A stretch of 64,000 nucleotides of DNA from Spirochaetia bacterium (GCA_963677595.1 OY782041.1:2496001-2560000), one strand, 5' to 3'; counted from the stretch's first letter, positions 21,169 to 31,690 are shown. The notes: generated by a model not told the origin, from the sequence alone. Program-made: numbers and translations.

Positions 21169-22056
21169 ATGTGTATGAGAAACGTGAGACGAAACATGAT
21201 CCTGCCCTTGGCGGCTTTAGTGATCCTGCTGCTGGTCCTCAGCTGCCGGGAACCCGGGCTGCAGGATGAGTTGGACAGCCTTGCCGTGCAGGCCTCTGCG
21301 CTGCCGACAGCGGATCGAGGCTATGCGGAGTGTTTCCCGGCTGGGAACCTCTCCGCTGAACCGGTCAGGATCGAGCTTGCCCTCGACGGGGAGTCCGGTC
21401 TTTGGGGCGGGAGTGCAGGAGTGGCGGGGGGAGTCTACCGGGTCGTGACGACCATGGAGACTGCTGACGGGGAGACCGCGGCATACAGTGTCGACGAGGT
21501 CTCCGTGGACGGCACAGCCTCGCTGGCAGTCGAACTCGATGCCGGCTATACGGTAGGGGAGGAGACTGCCTCCGGCGGGTTCATCTTCCATGAGCAGGAT
21601 GCCCGCTCCACAGCGATGACCGGCTGGCGGTATCTCTGCTGTGCCCCGGGGGACTGGCATGAGTCAGGGACGGACCCTGTCTGCGGGTGGAGCTATTCCG
21701 GGAGGGACACCGGTCTCACCCGTCCCGTGGTAGGGGCAGGCCTCGTGAACTGCACGGCACTGGACACGATCGAGGAGATCCCCGCTTCCGCGGTCGGGAT
21801 CTGCATGGATCACAGCTGCGCAGACTGTACCGACTGGTTCCTCCCGTCGGCAGAGGAACTGCAGCTGCTGTATGAACGCATCTACCTCGACGGGGAGACG
21901 GATGCCGGCTTCGTCGAAGACGGGTTCTACTGGTCCTCCACCGAGGCTGATGAGATGAAAGCCTACTGCTGGGAATTCAGCGAGACGGGGAAGCTGATCG
22001 CCGGTCCGAAACTGCTGGACAACGTGATACGCGTCCGGCCGGTCCGTACCCTCTAA
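21169..22056 (+). CDS. Lipoprotein with DUF1566/Lcl-like C-terminal domain
   Basis: LLVLSC lipobox; GGFIF..., DWFLPS.EEL, YWSSTE, VRPVR. Confidence 0.7.
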   Translation: MCMRNVRRNMILPLAALVILLLVLSCREPGLQDELDSLAVQASALPTADRGYAECFPAGNLSAEPVRIELALDGESGLWGGSAGVAGGVYRVVTTMETADGETAAYSVDEVSVDGTASLAVELDAGYTVGEETASGGFIFHEQDARSTAMTGWRYLCCAPGDWHESGTDPVCGWSYSGRDTGLTRPVVGAGLVNCTALDTIEEIPASAVGICMDHSCADCTDWFLPSAEELQLLYERIYLDGETDAGFVEDGFYWSSTEADEMKAYCWEFSETGKLIAGPKLLDNVIRVRPVRTL

Positions 22057-23213
22057 TCCGAGAGCTGCTTGAGGACCTCGCCCCAGCTGCAGGCGAGGTC
22101 CGCTGCCGGGTCCCCGACATGCGGCATGGCATAGAGCTGGTGGAGGATGCTCATCCCCGCTCCCAGGGCGATGCTGCAGATATGGTTGGGATCCTGCCGC
22201 ACCCGTGCGGCATGGTCTGCCTCATCATACCAGCTGTGCTTAAGGGAGCTTCCAAGCAGCTCTTCGACCAGGCTGAACCGCTCTGAGAGCAGGCCGCTCA
22301 GGATGATCATGTCAGGGTCGAGCATACGTGCCGATGGGATGAGCCGGGTCAGGGTCGTCTCGATGAACACCGCTAACATCGCATCATCTTCAGTGACCTT
22401 GAGCAGGTCCTCCCGGGTGAACGGGACAGACTCCACCTGTGATTCGAACCAGGAGTTGATGGAGAACTCCCCAGTGATATACCGGGAGCCGTGCCAGATC
22501 TCCCCGTTCACGATGACCGCCCCGCCGAGTTCTACCGAGTTCACCCGTCCTGCGCTGTCGGTCATGATCCTGGGGAGGATGAACAGCCCGTTACGGAAGG
22601 ACTCTCCTTCCGGGGCAAGGAAGATGGCATTGGCGGCACCGCAGTTGGCATCGTTCTCCAGGAAGACCGGTACGGGCAGTCGGTGGAAGAGCGGCCTGAG
22701 ATCAGCATCATGCAGGTCGAAGAGACGGGAATGGATGATCGTGGACTGCCGTGAGTCGACGGTCCCCGAGATGCCGATACCGGCAGCGATGATCGTGGCG
22801 TAATGCCGGATCCCGAGGAGGCTGTATGCCTTCCTGACGATATCGGCGATGAACTGCCCCGAGCGGTCAGGCTTGTATGGGATCCGTTCGGTGTCGATGA
22901 CCAATCCTGCGAGGTTGATCAGCAGGACCTCAGCGTTCTCAGGTTCTAAGTTGATCCCGATGATGCAGGCTGCACCGGCGCATAGCTCGAGCATGACCGG
23001 CTTCCTGCCCCCGGCAGGGGTGGAGAAGCCTGACTCGACTTCCCTGATGAGGCCGGCACCAAGCAGTTCGGTGATGATGTTCGTGACCGTCGACCGCTTG
23101 AGTGACGTGATCCTGGAGAGTTCAGCCCGGCTGACCTTCCCCCGCTTCCTGATCTCATCCATCAGGAGGGAGCGGTGGGCCTCCTTCTGGTACTGCTGGC
23201 TCACGGTGATCAT
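22053..23213 (-). CDS. ROK family transcriptional regulator
   Basis: N-terminal wHTH (SRAELSRITSLKRSTVTNI, GGRKP), GIGISG, LENDAN. Confidence 0.9.
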   Translation of the reverse strand: MITVSQQYQKEAHRSLLMDEIRKRGKVSRAELSRITSLKRSTVTNIITELLGAGLIREVESGFSTPAGGRKPVMLELCAGAACIIGINLEPENAEVLLINLAGLVIDTERIPYKPDRSGQFIADIVRKAYSLLGIRHYATIIAAGIGISGTVDSRQSTIIHSRLFDLHDADLRPLFHRLPVPVFLENDANCGAANAIFLAPEGESFRNGLFILPRIMTDSAGRVNSVELGGAVIVNGEIWHGSRYITGEFSINSWFESQVESVPFTREDLLKVTEDDAMLAVFIETTLTRLIPSARMLDPDMIILSGLLSERFSLVEELLGSSLKHSWYDEADHAARVRQDPNHICSIALGAGMSILHQLYAMPHVGDPAADLACSWGEVLKQLSD

Positions 23214-24430
23214 GCGCGGGACTCACGGTCAAAGACGAACTTCCCGCCGATCATGGTCCTGCTGACCTCGATCTCCCTGCTGCAGATGACCAGATCCGCA
23301 CTCCTCCCCGGCAGGAGGGACCCGATGAGGTCATCGGCCTCATAGATCCTCGCCGGATTGAGACAGGCCATCGGGATCACCTCGCTCCTGCTCATGCCGT
23401 AGCTGAGCATCTGCCTGATTCCCCTGTCCATCGTCAGGGCTGATCCCGCGATCGTCCCGTCCTCGACCCGGCAGAAGACGCCGTTCTCGAGCTGCACATT
23501 GTCCCCCTTCACGTCATAGACCCCGTGGGGGTCGAGCCCGGTGGGCTTGAGGGAGTCCGTGACCAGGACGATCTTCCCTGCAGGCTTCTCCTTGACGAGG
23601 AACTCCACCAGGGAGGGGTGGACATGGATACCGTCAGAGATCAGCTCGCAGGAGATCTCCGGGTGGATCAGGATCGCCCCGACGACCCCCGGGTCCCGGT
23701 GGTGCATCGACCGCATGGCATTGAAGAAGTGGGTCGCGTGGAGGATCCCGGCCTCGATCCCCTCGACCATCTGTTCATAGGAGGCGTTCGAATGGCCGGC
23801 GAGGAGCACGATCCCGTATTTCTGCGCCTCTGAGGCGAACTCACGCATCCCCTTGAGTTCCGGGGCTACCGTCATGGCCCGTATGGAACCACCGGAAGCC
23901 TGCCAGTACTCCTTGAGCAGGGCTGTGTCGACATCCCTGATGAAGGAGGGGTCATGGATCCCCTTCTTCTTCTCCGAGATGAACGGCCCCTCCATATGGA
24001 TGCCCGCGATCCGTGCGCCCTGTACACCCTCTTCCTCCTGGATTGCTATCGCTTCCCGGATAGCTTCCAGTGCACGCAGGCTGTGTTCCTTCCCCAGGGT
24101 CGCGAGGGTGGGGATGAACGAGGTGACCCCGTAGGCCGGGAGGTGGGCGGCCATCTCGAGGATGGCCGCAGGATCCGCGTCCTCGGTCCCGAACCCATGG
24201 ATCCCGTGGATATGGGTATCGAAGAAGCCGGGTGCGATCATGGCTCCGCCGCAGTCGATCATGCGGTAGTCAGAATCCTTCGTGTATCGATCGAGCCGTG
24301 CGGTCGAATAGACGTTCTCGATGAAGCCGTCCCGTATGAGGACGAACCCGTCCGTGATATGGGTGAACCCCGTATAGATGTCGGCATTATAGAGACAGAT
24401 CGCCGATTCTGATTGACCGTTCTCTGTCAT
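23210..24430 (-). CDS. nagA: N-acetylglucosamine-6-phosphate deacetylase
   Basis: PGFFDTHIHG, HMEGPF, TVAPE, GHSNA, THFFNAM, DGIHVHP, IAGS. Confidence 0.95.
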   Translation of the reverse strand: MTENGQSESAICLYNADIYTGFTHITDGFVLIRDGFIENVYSTARLDRYTKDSDYRMIDCGGAMIAPGFFDTHIHGIHGFGTEDADPAAILEMAAHLPAYGVTSFIPTLATLGKEHSLRALEAIREAIAIQEEEGVQGARIAGIHMEGPFISEKKKGIHDPSFIRDVDTALLKEYWQASGGSIRAMTVAPELKGMREFASEAQKYGIVLLAGHSNASYEQMVEGIEAGILHATHFFNAMRSMHHRDPGVVGAILIHPEISCELISDGIHVHPSLVEFLVKEKPAGKIVLVTDSLKPTGLDPHGVYDVKGDNVQLENGVFCRVEDGTIAGSALTMDRGIRQMLSYGMSRSEVIPMACLNPARIYEADDLIGSLLPGRSADLVICSREIEVSRTMIGGKFVFDRESRA

Positions 24431-24445
24431 GATGGTATACTCCTT

Positions 24446-24474
24446 TTAGTTTGTTCAAGCTGTTAACATACTAA
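24446..24474. promoter_or_regulatory. ROK (XylR/NagC-type) operator
   Basis: TTAGTTTGTT-N9-AACATACTAA inverted repeat (one mismatch) in the divergent nagA/DUF4954 intergenic region. Confidence 0.7.
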
Positions 24475-24609
24475 GCATACTGGTAAACGGCCGGACAGGC
24501 AAGTGTATTCATGATTAATTAGCTAAGGTGATCTTTATGTGCTTGTTCATTGCATACATGTTCTCTCTATTGTACTCTAGAGTGAACAGGGTAACTCCAG
24601 GGGGATGGT

Positions 24610-26601
24610 ATGTATAGAGCTTTGACAGTAGAGGAGATCGAACAGCTGGAGCACAACCGATGCTCCGCTGAGACTTGGGATACCGTCCTGGTGTCCGACG
24701 GGTTCGACCCCGGGCGGGTACGCCATACGGAGTTCTCCGGGGAGATACGCCTCGGGACCTTCCGGGAGACGGTGACCATGGCAGGGGGCATCAGTTTCCC
24801 GACCGGCATCGCGGATGCGGTCCTCCACAACGTGACCGTGGGCGACGAGGCCATGATCCGGAAGGTCGACCAGTACATCGCGAACTATGACATAGCCGAC
24901 CATGCGGTCCTCTATGAGATCACCTCCCTGATCGTCGACGGTGAATCCACCTTCGGCAACGGGGTCGAGGTCCCGGTGATCAATGAGGGAGGGGGCAGGG
25001 AGGTCATCATCTATGATGGGTTATCGGGGCATATCGCATATTTACAGTCCCTCTACCGGTACCGGACCAGCCTGATCGATTCCCTCCGGGAGGTGATCGG
25101 CAGGTATGTGGAGACGAAGCGTTCCTCACGGGGGCGGATCGGTTCCCATGCAGAACTGCACGGCTGCGGTCCCATCCAGGATGTGACTGTCGGTCCCTGG
25201 GCAGTGATCCGCGGGGTGGCAAAGCTCACGAACGGGACAGTCAACAGCTGTGAGGAGGACCGGACCGTGATCGGCCATGAGGTGACTGCCGAGGATTTCA
25301 TCTTCGCCGAGGGGGCGAAGGTCACCGAGGGGGCGATCGTCGAGTCCTGTTATGTCGGGCAGTCGGCTGAGCTTTCACGGCAGTTCTCCGCGGAGAACTC
25401 CGTCTTCTTCGCGAACTGCGCCTGCTTCCACGGGGAGGCCTGCTCGATCTTCGCCGGGCCCAACACCGTCAGCCACCACAAGTCGACCCTGCTCATCGCG
25501 GCGCAGGTCTCCTTCCTCAATGCAGGGAGCGGGTCAAACCAGAGCAACCATATGTACAAGCTCGGTCCGAACCACCAGGGGATCCTCGAGCGGGGTTCTA
25601 AGACCGCCTCTGACTCCTACATGCTCTTCCCGATGCATGTGGGGGCCTTCTCGGTCATCATGGGGAGGCACTACAACAACTCGGATACCTCCGACCTGCC
25701 GTTCTCCTACCTGATCGAGCATGACGGGGAGAGCCTCCTGATCCCGGGGGTGAACCTGCGTTCCGTGGGGACGGTCCGGGATTCCAGGAAGTGGCCCAAC
25801 CGTGACAAGCGAAAGACCGGGAACCGGCATGACCTGATCATCTACAACCTGCTGACCCCCTATACCGTGCAGCGGGTACTCAGCGGCTATGAGACCCTGA
25901 AGGCTATCCAGTCACGGTCTGGCCACTCCTCGGTCGTCTACTTCCATAACGGCGTCCAGATCTCGAAATCGGCCCTCGAGAAGGGGCTTCATTTCTATGA
26001 ACTGGCATTCCGGAGGTACCTGGGGAATACCGTCGTGAACCAGCTGAGGGGCTGTACCGAGCTGAGCCGTGAGGCGGTATTCTCGGTCCTGCAGCCGACC
26101 GGTACGACAGGTGAGGGCACCTGGCTCGACATAGCGGGGCTGGTCGCCCCGAAAGAGGCGATAGACACCATGATCGAGGAGATCGAGGGTGGGACCCTCG
26201 ATTCGATCAACAGTATCGATGAGCGGTTCAGGCAGGTCTATGACTCCTTCGGGGAGTATGAGCTTAGCTGGGTCATGAGGAAGGTCTGTGACCAGCTCTC
26301 GAAGAGCTTTGACGAGCTCACCCTGGAAGATATCAGGGAGGTCGTCAGCCAGTGGATAGCTAACGTCACCGAACTCGACAGGCTGAGGATACAGGATGCC
26401 AAGAAAGAGTTCGCCCCGACGGCGAAGGTGGGGTACGCCCTAAACGGGGACCCTGCCGAACGGGATGCCGAGTACCGTGTCATCCACGGGGACCCGGATG
26501 GGAACAGCTTCATCCGGGACCTTCAGAAGCGGTTGGCAGTGAAGCAGGAGACAGCGAAAGGGCTGCTGGCAGCCCTGGACAGACTGATACAACAGGAATG
26601 A
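24610..26601 (+). CDS. DUF4954 family protein (left-handed beta-helix-like)
   Basis: YRALT.EEI..LE...C.AE.W, FGNGVEV.V.NE.GGREV, GEACSIFAGP.TVSHHKSTLLIA, SNQSNHMYKLGP. Confidence 0.85.
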   Translation: MYRALTVEEIEQLEHNRCSAETWDTVLVSDGFDPGRVRHTEFSGEIRLGTFRETVTMAGGISFPTGIADAVLHNVTVGDEAMIRKVDQYIANYDIADHAVLYEITSLIVDGESTFGNGVEVPVINEGGGREVIIYDGLSGHIAYLQSLYRYRTSLIDSLREVIGRYVETKRSSRGRIGSHAELHGCGPIQDVTVGPWAVIRGVAKLTNGTVNSCEEDRTVIGHEVTAEDFIFAEGAKVTEGAIVESCYVGQSAELSRQFSAENSVFFANCACFHGEACSIFAGPNTVSHHKSTLLIAAQVSFLNAGSGSNQSNHMYKLGPNHQGILERGSKTASDSYMLFPMHVGAFSVIMGRHYNNSDTSDLPFSYLIEHDGESLLIPGVNLRSVGTVRDSRKWPNRDKRKTGNRHDLIIYNLLTPYTVQRVLSGYETLKAIQSRSGHSSVVYFHNGVQISKSALEKGLHFYELAFRRYLGNTVVNQLRGCTELSREAVFSVLQPTGTTGEGTWLDIAGLVAPKEAIDTMIEEIEGGTLDSINSIDERFRQVYDSFGEYELSWVMRKVCDQLSKSFDELTLEDIREVVSQWIANVTELDRLRIQDAKKEFAPTAKVGYALNGDPAERDAEYRVIHGDPDGNSFIRDLQKRLAVKQETAKGLLAALDRLIQQE

Positions 26602-26614
26602 TGAGGAGTAAGAG

Positions 26615-27406
26615 ATGAGACTGATCATACAGAAGGATTACCGGGGATTATCTGAGTGGGCTGCAGCCTATATCGTCGACGCGATCAAGAACAGCAGGCC
26701 TTCCGCCGAGCGGCCGTTCGTGCTGGGGCTTCCCACCGGGTCTACCCCGCTGGGGACCTACAGGAGGCTGATACAGCTCTATAACCAGGGAGCTGTATCC
26801 TTCGAGCACGTCGTGACCTTCAACATGGATGAGTATATCGGGATACCCGAGGACCATCCTGAGAGCTACCATACCTTCATGTGGGAGAACTTCTTCTCCA
26901 TGATCGACATCAAGCGGGAGCACGTGAACATCCTCGACGGGAATGCCGCCGACCTCCAGGCAGAGTGCGCCTCCTACGAGGAGCGGATCCGCTCCTACGG
27001 CGGGATCGACCTCTTCCTCGGCGGGATCGGGGCAGACGGCCATATCGCCTTCAATGAGCCCGGCTCATCCCTGAGGTCGAGGACCCGTATCAAGAGCCTC
27101 ACCTACGACACGATCGTCGCGAACTCGAGGTTCTTCGATGGTGACCTCGATAAGGTCCCGAAGCAGGCATTGACGGTCGGGGTGCAGACGGTCATGGATG
27201 CCCGCGAGCTGGTCATCCTGGCAAGCGGATTGAACAAGGCGACTGCCCTGCAGAAGACGATCGAGGAGGGAGTCAACCATATGTGGACCTGCAGCGTCAT
27301 CCAGATGCATGAGAAGTCGCTCATCGTCTGTGACGAGAAGGCGACCCAGGAGCTGAAGGTGAAGACCGTCTCCTACTTCAAGGATATAGAAGCGCAGAAT
27401 ATATAG
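26615..27406 (+). CDS. nagB: Glucosamine-6-phosphate deaminase
   Basis: [32 protein letters not shown]. Confidence 0.97.
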   Translation: MRLIIQKDYRGLSEWAAAYIVDAIKNSRPSAERPFVLGLPTGSTPLGTYRRLIQLYNQGAVSFEHVVTFNMDEYIGIPEDHPESYHTFMWENFFSMIDIKREHVNILDGNAADLQAECASYEERIRSYGGIDLFLGGIGADGHIAFNEPGSSLRSRTRIKSLTYDTIVANSRFFDGDLDKVPKQALTVGVQTVMDARELVILASGLNKATALQKTIEEGVNHMWTCSVIQMHEKSLIVCDEKATQELKVKTVSYFKDIEAQNI

Positions 27407-27451
27407 GGATTAGATAGGGTTCCCATCTGGTACAAGCGTCCCGTTACCGCT

Positions 27452-28642
27452 ATGATACACAGTATCATGAATGCGAGCCAGAAAGAACACTACCGTTATT
27501 TCCTCCTTACCGTCCTCCTCTTCGGGGTCGCCACGGCGCTCTTCAGGGGAGTGTTCGACAACTACCTGGCAGAGATCCTGGAGGTCTCGAAGGCTGACCG
27601 GGGCGTGGTGGAGTTCTTCCGCGAGATGCCGGGGCTCTTCCTCGTGGTGATCCTCGCGCTCTTCTACCGGTTACCTGAGAACAGGATCCTGCAGGCAGGC
27701 TATGCCATCGCCCTGGTAGGGATCACCGGCTTCATGCTGGCGGGCCCCAAGATGGTCCCCGCTATCGCCCTGCTGATGGTCTGGAGTGCCGGCATCCATA
27801 TCGTGATGCCGGTGAGGCAGTCCTATGCAGTCCACTCTGTCGAGCCGGGACAGGAGGGCAAGGCCCTCGGGAACATGCGGGGGGTACTGAATATCGGCTG
27901 GGTAGCCGGGTACTTCCTGGTGCCGGTGATCTTCCTCTTCGTCTCGGGTGAGGCAGGATTTCGCACCACCTTCATCGCCGTCATCATCCTGATCATCATA
28001 TCGATCGGTATCTCCTTCAAGCTGAAGAGCGATACCGGGAGGATCAAGAGGCAGCGTCTCTACTTCGCGAAGAAGTACAGCAAGTATTATGTGCTCCAGA
28101 GTTTCTACGGTGCGAGGAAGCAGGTCTTCCTCACCTTCGGGCCCTATGTCCTGATCCTCATGTACGGGGCGGATGCCTCGGTCATAGCCACGCTCTTCGC
28201 CGTCAGTTCAGCCCTGAACATCTTCGTCTCCCCGCTGATCGGGAAGATCATAGACAAGGCCGGGTACAAGGCGGTCATGGTGGGGGATACGGTCATCCTC
28301 TTCTTCGTCTGCCTCGTCTACGGCTTCGCCCACCATATATTCTCACAGCATGCCGCCTATATAGCGGTGATCACCGTGTTCATCCTGGACAACCTCCTCT
28401 CCAATGCGAGCATGGCGGGGAGCGTCTATGTGAAGGAGTTGAGCAGCGGGAGGGAGGAGATGACCGCCACCCTCACGACCGGCTTGTCGATCGACCACCT
28501 GATCAGCATCTTCATAGCGCTTGCTGGCGGGTTCATCTGGCAGAACCTCGGGATCGAGCTGCTCTTCATCCTGGCAGGGGTCATGGCGCTCGCGAACTCC
28601 GCGGTCGCCCTTACGGTGCGAGTCGTTGAGAGGGGGCAGTGA
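27452..28642 (+). CDS. MFS transporter
   Basis: Multiple TM segments; EFFREMPG, GKIIDKAGYK. Confidence 0.85.
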   Translation: MIHSIMNASQKEHYRYFLLTVLLFGVATALFRGVFDNYLAEILEVSKADRGVVEFFREMPGLFLVVILALFYRLPENRILQAGYAIALVGITGFMLAGPKMVPAIALLMVWSAGIHIVMPVRQSYAVHSVEPGQEGKALGNMRGVLNIGWVAGYFLVPVIFLFVSGEAGFRTTFIAVIILIIISIGISFKLKSDTGRIKRQRLYFAKKYSKYYVLQSFYGARKQVFLTFGPYVLILMYGADASVIATLFAVSSALNIFVSPLIGKIIDKAGYKAVMVGDTVILFFVCLVYGFAHHIFSQHAAYIAVITVFILDNLLSNASMAGSVYVKELSSGREEMTATLTTGLSIDHLISIFIALAGGFIWQNLGIELLFILAGVMALANSAVALTVRVVERGQ

Positions 28643-28895
28643 GCTCGATCCTCCTGTTCCTGATGTAGAACCCCAGGTCTACGGAGACCATGACGAGGTT
28701 GACCACATAGAGGAAGATCACGAAATCATAGGCGTAGAAGAGCTTGTGGAGGATCCCGCTGAGGTAGCCGGTGAGGATGATGATGAGGAACAGCAGGCTC
28801 TTCCCCTTGTTCGACCGTGCCTTGTATGACTTATAGATGGATGTCGGCCAGGCAAAGCCGAAGCAGACCAGCATGATGATCTCGAATACACTCAT
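28611..28895 (-). CDS. PQ-loop/SemiSWEET-like small membrane protein
   Basis: Three TM segments; FE.IML.CFGFAWP.SIYKS......GKSL.FL. Confidence 0.7.
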   Translation of the reverse strand: MSVFEIIMLVCFGFAWPTSIYKSYKARSNKGKSLLFLIIILTGYLSGILHKLFYAYDFVIFLYVVNLVMVSVDLGFYIRNRRIELTAPSQRLAP

Positions 28896-29030
28896 ATGTC
28901 GTACGCCTCCTTGCTGCGTTCTTCCTAAGGGATACCAGTTTTCCTGGAGTGTATCAATGTTCCTGGTACGTATTGGACTGTTTTATGGTCCAAATCTGTT
29001 GTGCTGCGGAACATGGTGGTAGAATAGGGT

Positions 29031-30005
29031 ATGAGAGCTGAACGGATCGTCATGATTACCGGATTCTCCATCCTGATCGCGACTGTGTCGCAGCTCTATA
29101 TCTTCAGCGGTATAGAATCCTTTCGCCATCATTGGCTCTTTTCCCTGGTGAAGCTCCTCATGTTCGCCGCATTCGCCTATGAAGTAGTCCTCGATGCAGC
29201 AAGCGAATACCATACCGTACTCTCCCCACGATACTTCTGGAACCAGGAGGCACTCCTCGAAGGCGCGGCCGTGGTCCTCGGGGCTGTCGTCACCTTCTTC
29301 GTCAGCATAGAGATCGGGCATGGCGGGGTGATCGCATCGGCGATCGTGGGGCTGACAACAGCTGTCCTCTTCCCGCAGCTCGCTGCCGCTGCCTACTGCG
29401 GCTCCTTCGTGGGCATGGCTTCGACGGTGGTCTTCCCCACCTATGAGGAACTCCTGCTGGCAGGGGTCCTCTCTGCGGTGTTCTTCGTCATCACGAAACC
29501 CGCCTGCAAGGGCTTCGGGGGGAAGCTCGGGACCATAGCCTTCGCAGGCACGATCCTGTCGATCACGATCCTGGGTTCGGAGGTCACCGGCGGGATCGTA
29601 CCGGACCTGGAGCTGGGTATCTCCCTGGTGTTCCTCTCCATGGCAGGAGCCTATCTCACTTATCTGGTGAACGTGATCCTCGGCCATGGGCCGGTCATCG
29701 CATCAGCGCTCATAGGCCTGCTCGCAGGACTCGTGCTGCCGGCCATCTATGGTCCTGACACCGGCACGACACTTGCCCTCATGGTCTTCTGCGCTTCGTT
29801 CGCCGGCATGAGCAGCCGGGAGCGAATACGTTCCTGGTATTACATCCTCGCTGCAGGAGCGCTGTCAGCACTCATCTTCATCTTCTCGATGCCCTACATG
29901 GGCGGGGCAGGGGGTAAGATGGGTACGACAGCGTTCGGTGCAGTCATCTCCATCGTCGGCATTGAGAGATTGGCGATGAAGTTCACTTCCTCAACCGCTC
30001 GATGA
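29031..30005 (+). CDS. Hypothetical membrane protein with an internal duplication
   Basis: Two repeats of (Y/F)C(G/A)SF.GM.S ... G.GGK(L/M)GT.AF; stop codon lies inside the 32-bp repeat. Confidence 0.75.
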   Translation: MRAERIVMITGFSILIATVSQLYIFSGIESFRHHWLFSLVKLLMFAAFAYEVVLDAASEYHTVLSPRYFWNQEALLEGAAVVLGAVVTFFVSIEIGHGGVIASAIVGLTTAVLFPQLAAAAYCGSFVGMASTVVFPTYEELLLAGVLSAVFFVITKPACKGFGGKLGTIAFAGTILSITILGSEVTGGIVPDLELGISLVFLSMAGAYLTYLVNVILGHGPVIASALIGLLAGLVLPAIYGPDTGTTLALMVFCASFAGMSSRERIRSWYYILAAGALSALIFIFSMPYMGGAGGKMGTTAFGAVISIVGIERLAMKFTSSTAR

Positions 30006-30024
30006 ACTCCATGTAGGGTTCATG
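29993..30024 (+). repeat. 32-bp direct repeat, left (att-like)
   Basis: AACCGCTCGATGAACTCCATGTAGGGTTCATG, identical at 42335-42366. Confidence 0.9.
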
Positions 30025-30176
30025 CAGAACGTCCACGACATGCATCCTCTTCCTCTGTCTAAGCTGAAATATCCTACATATTTGTAGGGTATCCTTGGTT
30101 CTGAGAAAATAAATCGTGCTTTTACGCCTTTCCGGGGCGGTATTTCAAAAAATATAGAAAAAAGAAACTATTTCCC

Positions 30177-30249
30177 TTGCTTTATTCGTGATCGCGTACT
30201 AGTATCATGTCAACAAGACAACAGGTTATCAAGTTATCATACCAGTTGT
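30177..30249 (+). promoter_or_regulatory. Candidate island promoter and FadR/GntR-type operator region
   Basis: TTGCTT-N17-TAGTAT followed by an imperfect inverted repeat ACAACAGGT...ACCAGTTGT. Confidence 0.4.
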
Positions 30250-30268
30250 AATTTGAATGGAGGATCAC

Positions 30269-30712
30269 GTGGCAGAAGAGATGTTTCTTATGAAATGGCC
30301 GGAACTGGGTAAGCAGGTCAGATTGAGAAAGATTGAACACAATACGGAAGTATTTGATTGGTTCATGGATAATTTACCCACTAGTGGGATTCAGAGTCAT
30401 ACGGTAGTTGCGGGGTATGCCCTTACCTGTATGAGCCTTCCCGTCAAGAAACCATTCACCTACCGGTTTGCCGACCTGAAACAGGAGAACCTCGTTCCCC
30501 TGAAGAAGGGCCGATTCATCCTGAACATGACAATCGGTAATGTCATCAACTATGCGGTGAAATGGGGCGAGATGACAGAGCCTATGGCGTATCCTTCTTG
30601 GGCGGAAGTCGTCGATGAGGATATGGATACGCTGATCGAAGTAGGGAAGATCATCTGGCATAACATCGTGAATGAGAAGAAGATCATTCATGTTGAATAC
30701 GAGAAGGCGTGA
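30269..30712 (+). CDS. McbB/cucumopine-synthase-like N-terminal domain protein, copy 1
   Basis: KWPELG..V, LPTSGIQSHTVVAG, AVKWGEMTE, VVDEDMDTL.EVGK.IW; paralog of 31240-31686; GTG start after GGAGG. Confidence 0.72.
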   Translation: MAEEMFLMKWPELGKQVRLRKIEHNTEVFDWFMDNLPTSGIQSHTVVAGYALTCMSLPVKKPFTYRFADLKQENLVPLKKGRFILNMTIGNVINYAVKWGEMTEPMAYPSWAEVVDEDMDTLIEVGKIIWHNIVNEKKIIHVEYEKA

Positions 30713-30721
30713 GGTGTGACT

Positions 30722-31225
30722 ATGTGGAAAGATGTAAAAGCCGAGATAGATGCTGAGAACGAGAGACTGAGGTTCGAGGCTCCGGAAGATGTTGTGAAGG
30801 TAGTCCACCTTCGAGTGATCGATAGTGAATCGGGAACGGAGAAGATCCCCATGGGGAATTGGTTCTTCTCATTCTCCGATATCAGGTACGTAGGGGCTTA
30901 CCTCTACCAGATCATGAACCTGACCATGGATGATTCGTACTCCGTCGATCAGGCGAAGGAACTGGTATTCAAGATGATCTCACAGACCTCCGATTTTGCC
31001 GGATACTGCGGGTTCGTGACGCTCAGGACGTTTGTATTCAAGGCACTGGACGTGCTTGATGAGATAGACAACAAGGAAGACCTGTTCAGCCTGCTGAACT
31101 CAGTCTTCCTCTATGCCTCACACCTGCATACATGGATCAATAACTACTTCCCATGGAGTTATAACTACGCATTCCCGATCAGGACACCTGAAGATGTCGC
31201 TGATATGCAGAAATACGTGGACTAG
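30722..31225 (+). CDS. Cucumopine-synthase C-terminal helical bundle protein, copy 1
   Basis: EIDAE.ER..FE.PEDV, DIRYVG, DFAGYCGF..L, LLNSV.LYA..L.TW...YFPW. Confidence 0.75.
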   Translation: MWKDVKAEIDAENERLRFEAPEDVVKVVHLRVIDSESGTEKIPMGNWFFSFSDIRYVGAYLYQIMNLTMDDSYSVDQAKELVFKMISQTSDFAGYCGFVTLRTFVFKALDVLDEIDNKEDLFSLLNSVFLYASHLHTWINNYFPWSYNYAFPIRTPEDVADMQKYVD

Positions 31226-31239
31226 AAGGAGATAAGAGA

Positions 31240-31686
31240 ATGGCAGATTATTTCAAGATCAAATGGGAAAGTTTAGGGAAAGAGGTCCGCTGCAAAAAGA
31301 TAGAGCACAACCAGTTTATGTTCGACTGGTTCGAGGAGCAGCTTCCTGTCAAATCGATGCAGGGACATACCCTGGCCGCAGGCTGGGCGATCATGCACGT
31401 ATCAGTGCCGCTGAACAAGCCTGTCAACTGGGAGATGCGTACCGAAGTGACCGAGGTCATCGGGGAGCAGAACGAAGGTCGTGTGACCATGTTCATGGGT
31501 AACGGCACCTCCGCAGGCCTTGTCATCAAGTACGGCAGAATCACAGAGGATATGAGCTACCCGACCTTCGCGGAAGTCGTAGAAGAGGACCTGGGTATCC
31601 TGAAGGAAGTGGGTGCAGCCCAGTGGGAAGCGATACTCTATACAAAAGAGATCATTATTGCAGAGTTCTGCAAGGTAGAGGATTAA
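31240..31686 (+). CDS. McbB/cucumopine-synthase-like N-terminal domain protein, copy 2
   Basis: KIKWESLG, LPVKSMQGHTLAAG, VIKYGRITE, VVEEDLGILKEVG...WEA...TK. Confidence 0.75.
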   Translation: MADYFKIKWESLGKEVRCKKIEHNQFMFDWFEEQLPVKSMQGHTLAAGWAIMHVSVPLNKPVNWEMRTEVTEVIGEQNEGRVTMFMGNGTSAGLVIKYGRITEDMSYPTFAEVVEEDLGILKEVGAAQWEAILYTKEIIIAEFCKVED

Positions 31687-31690
31687 GCAT

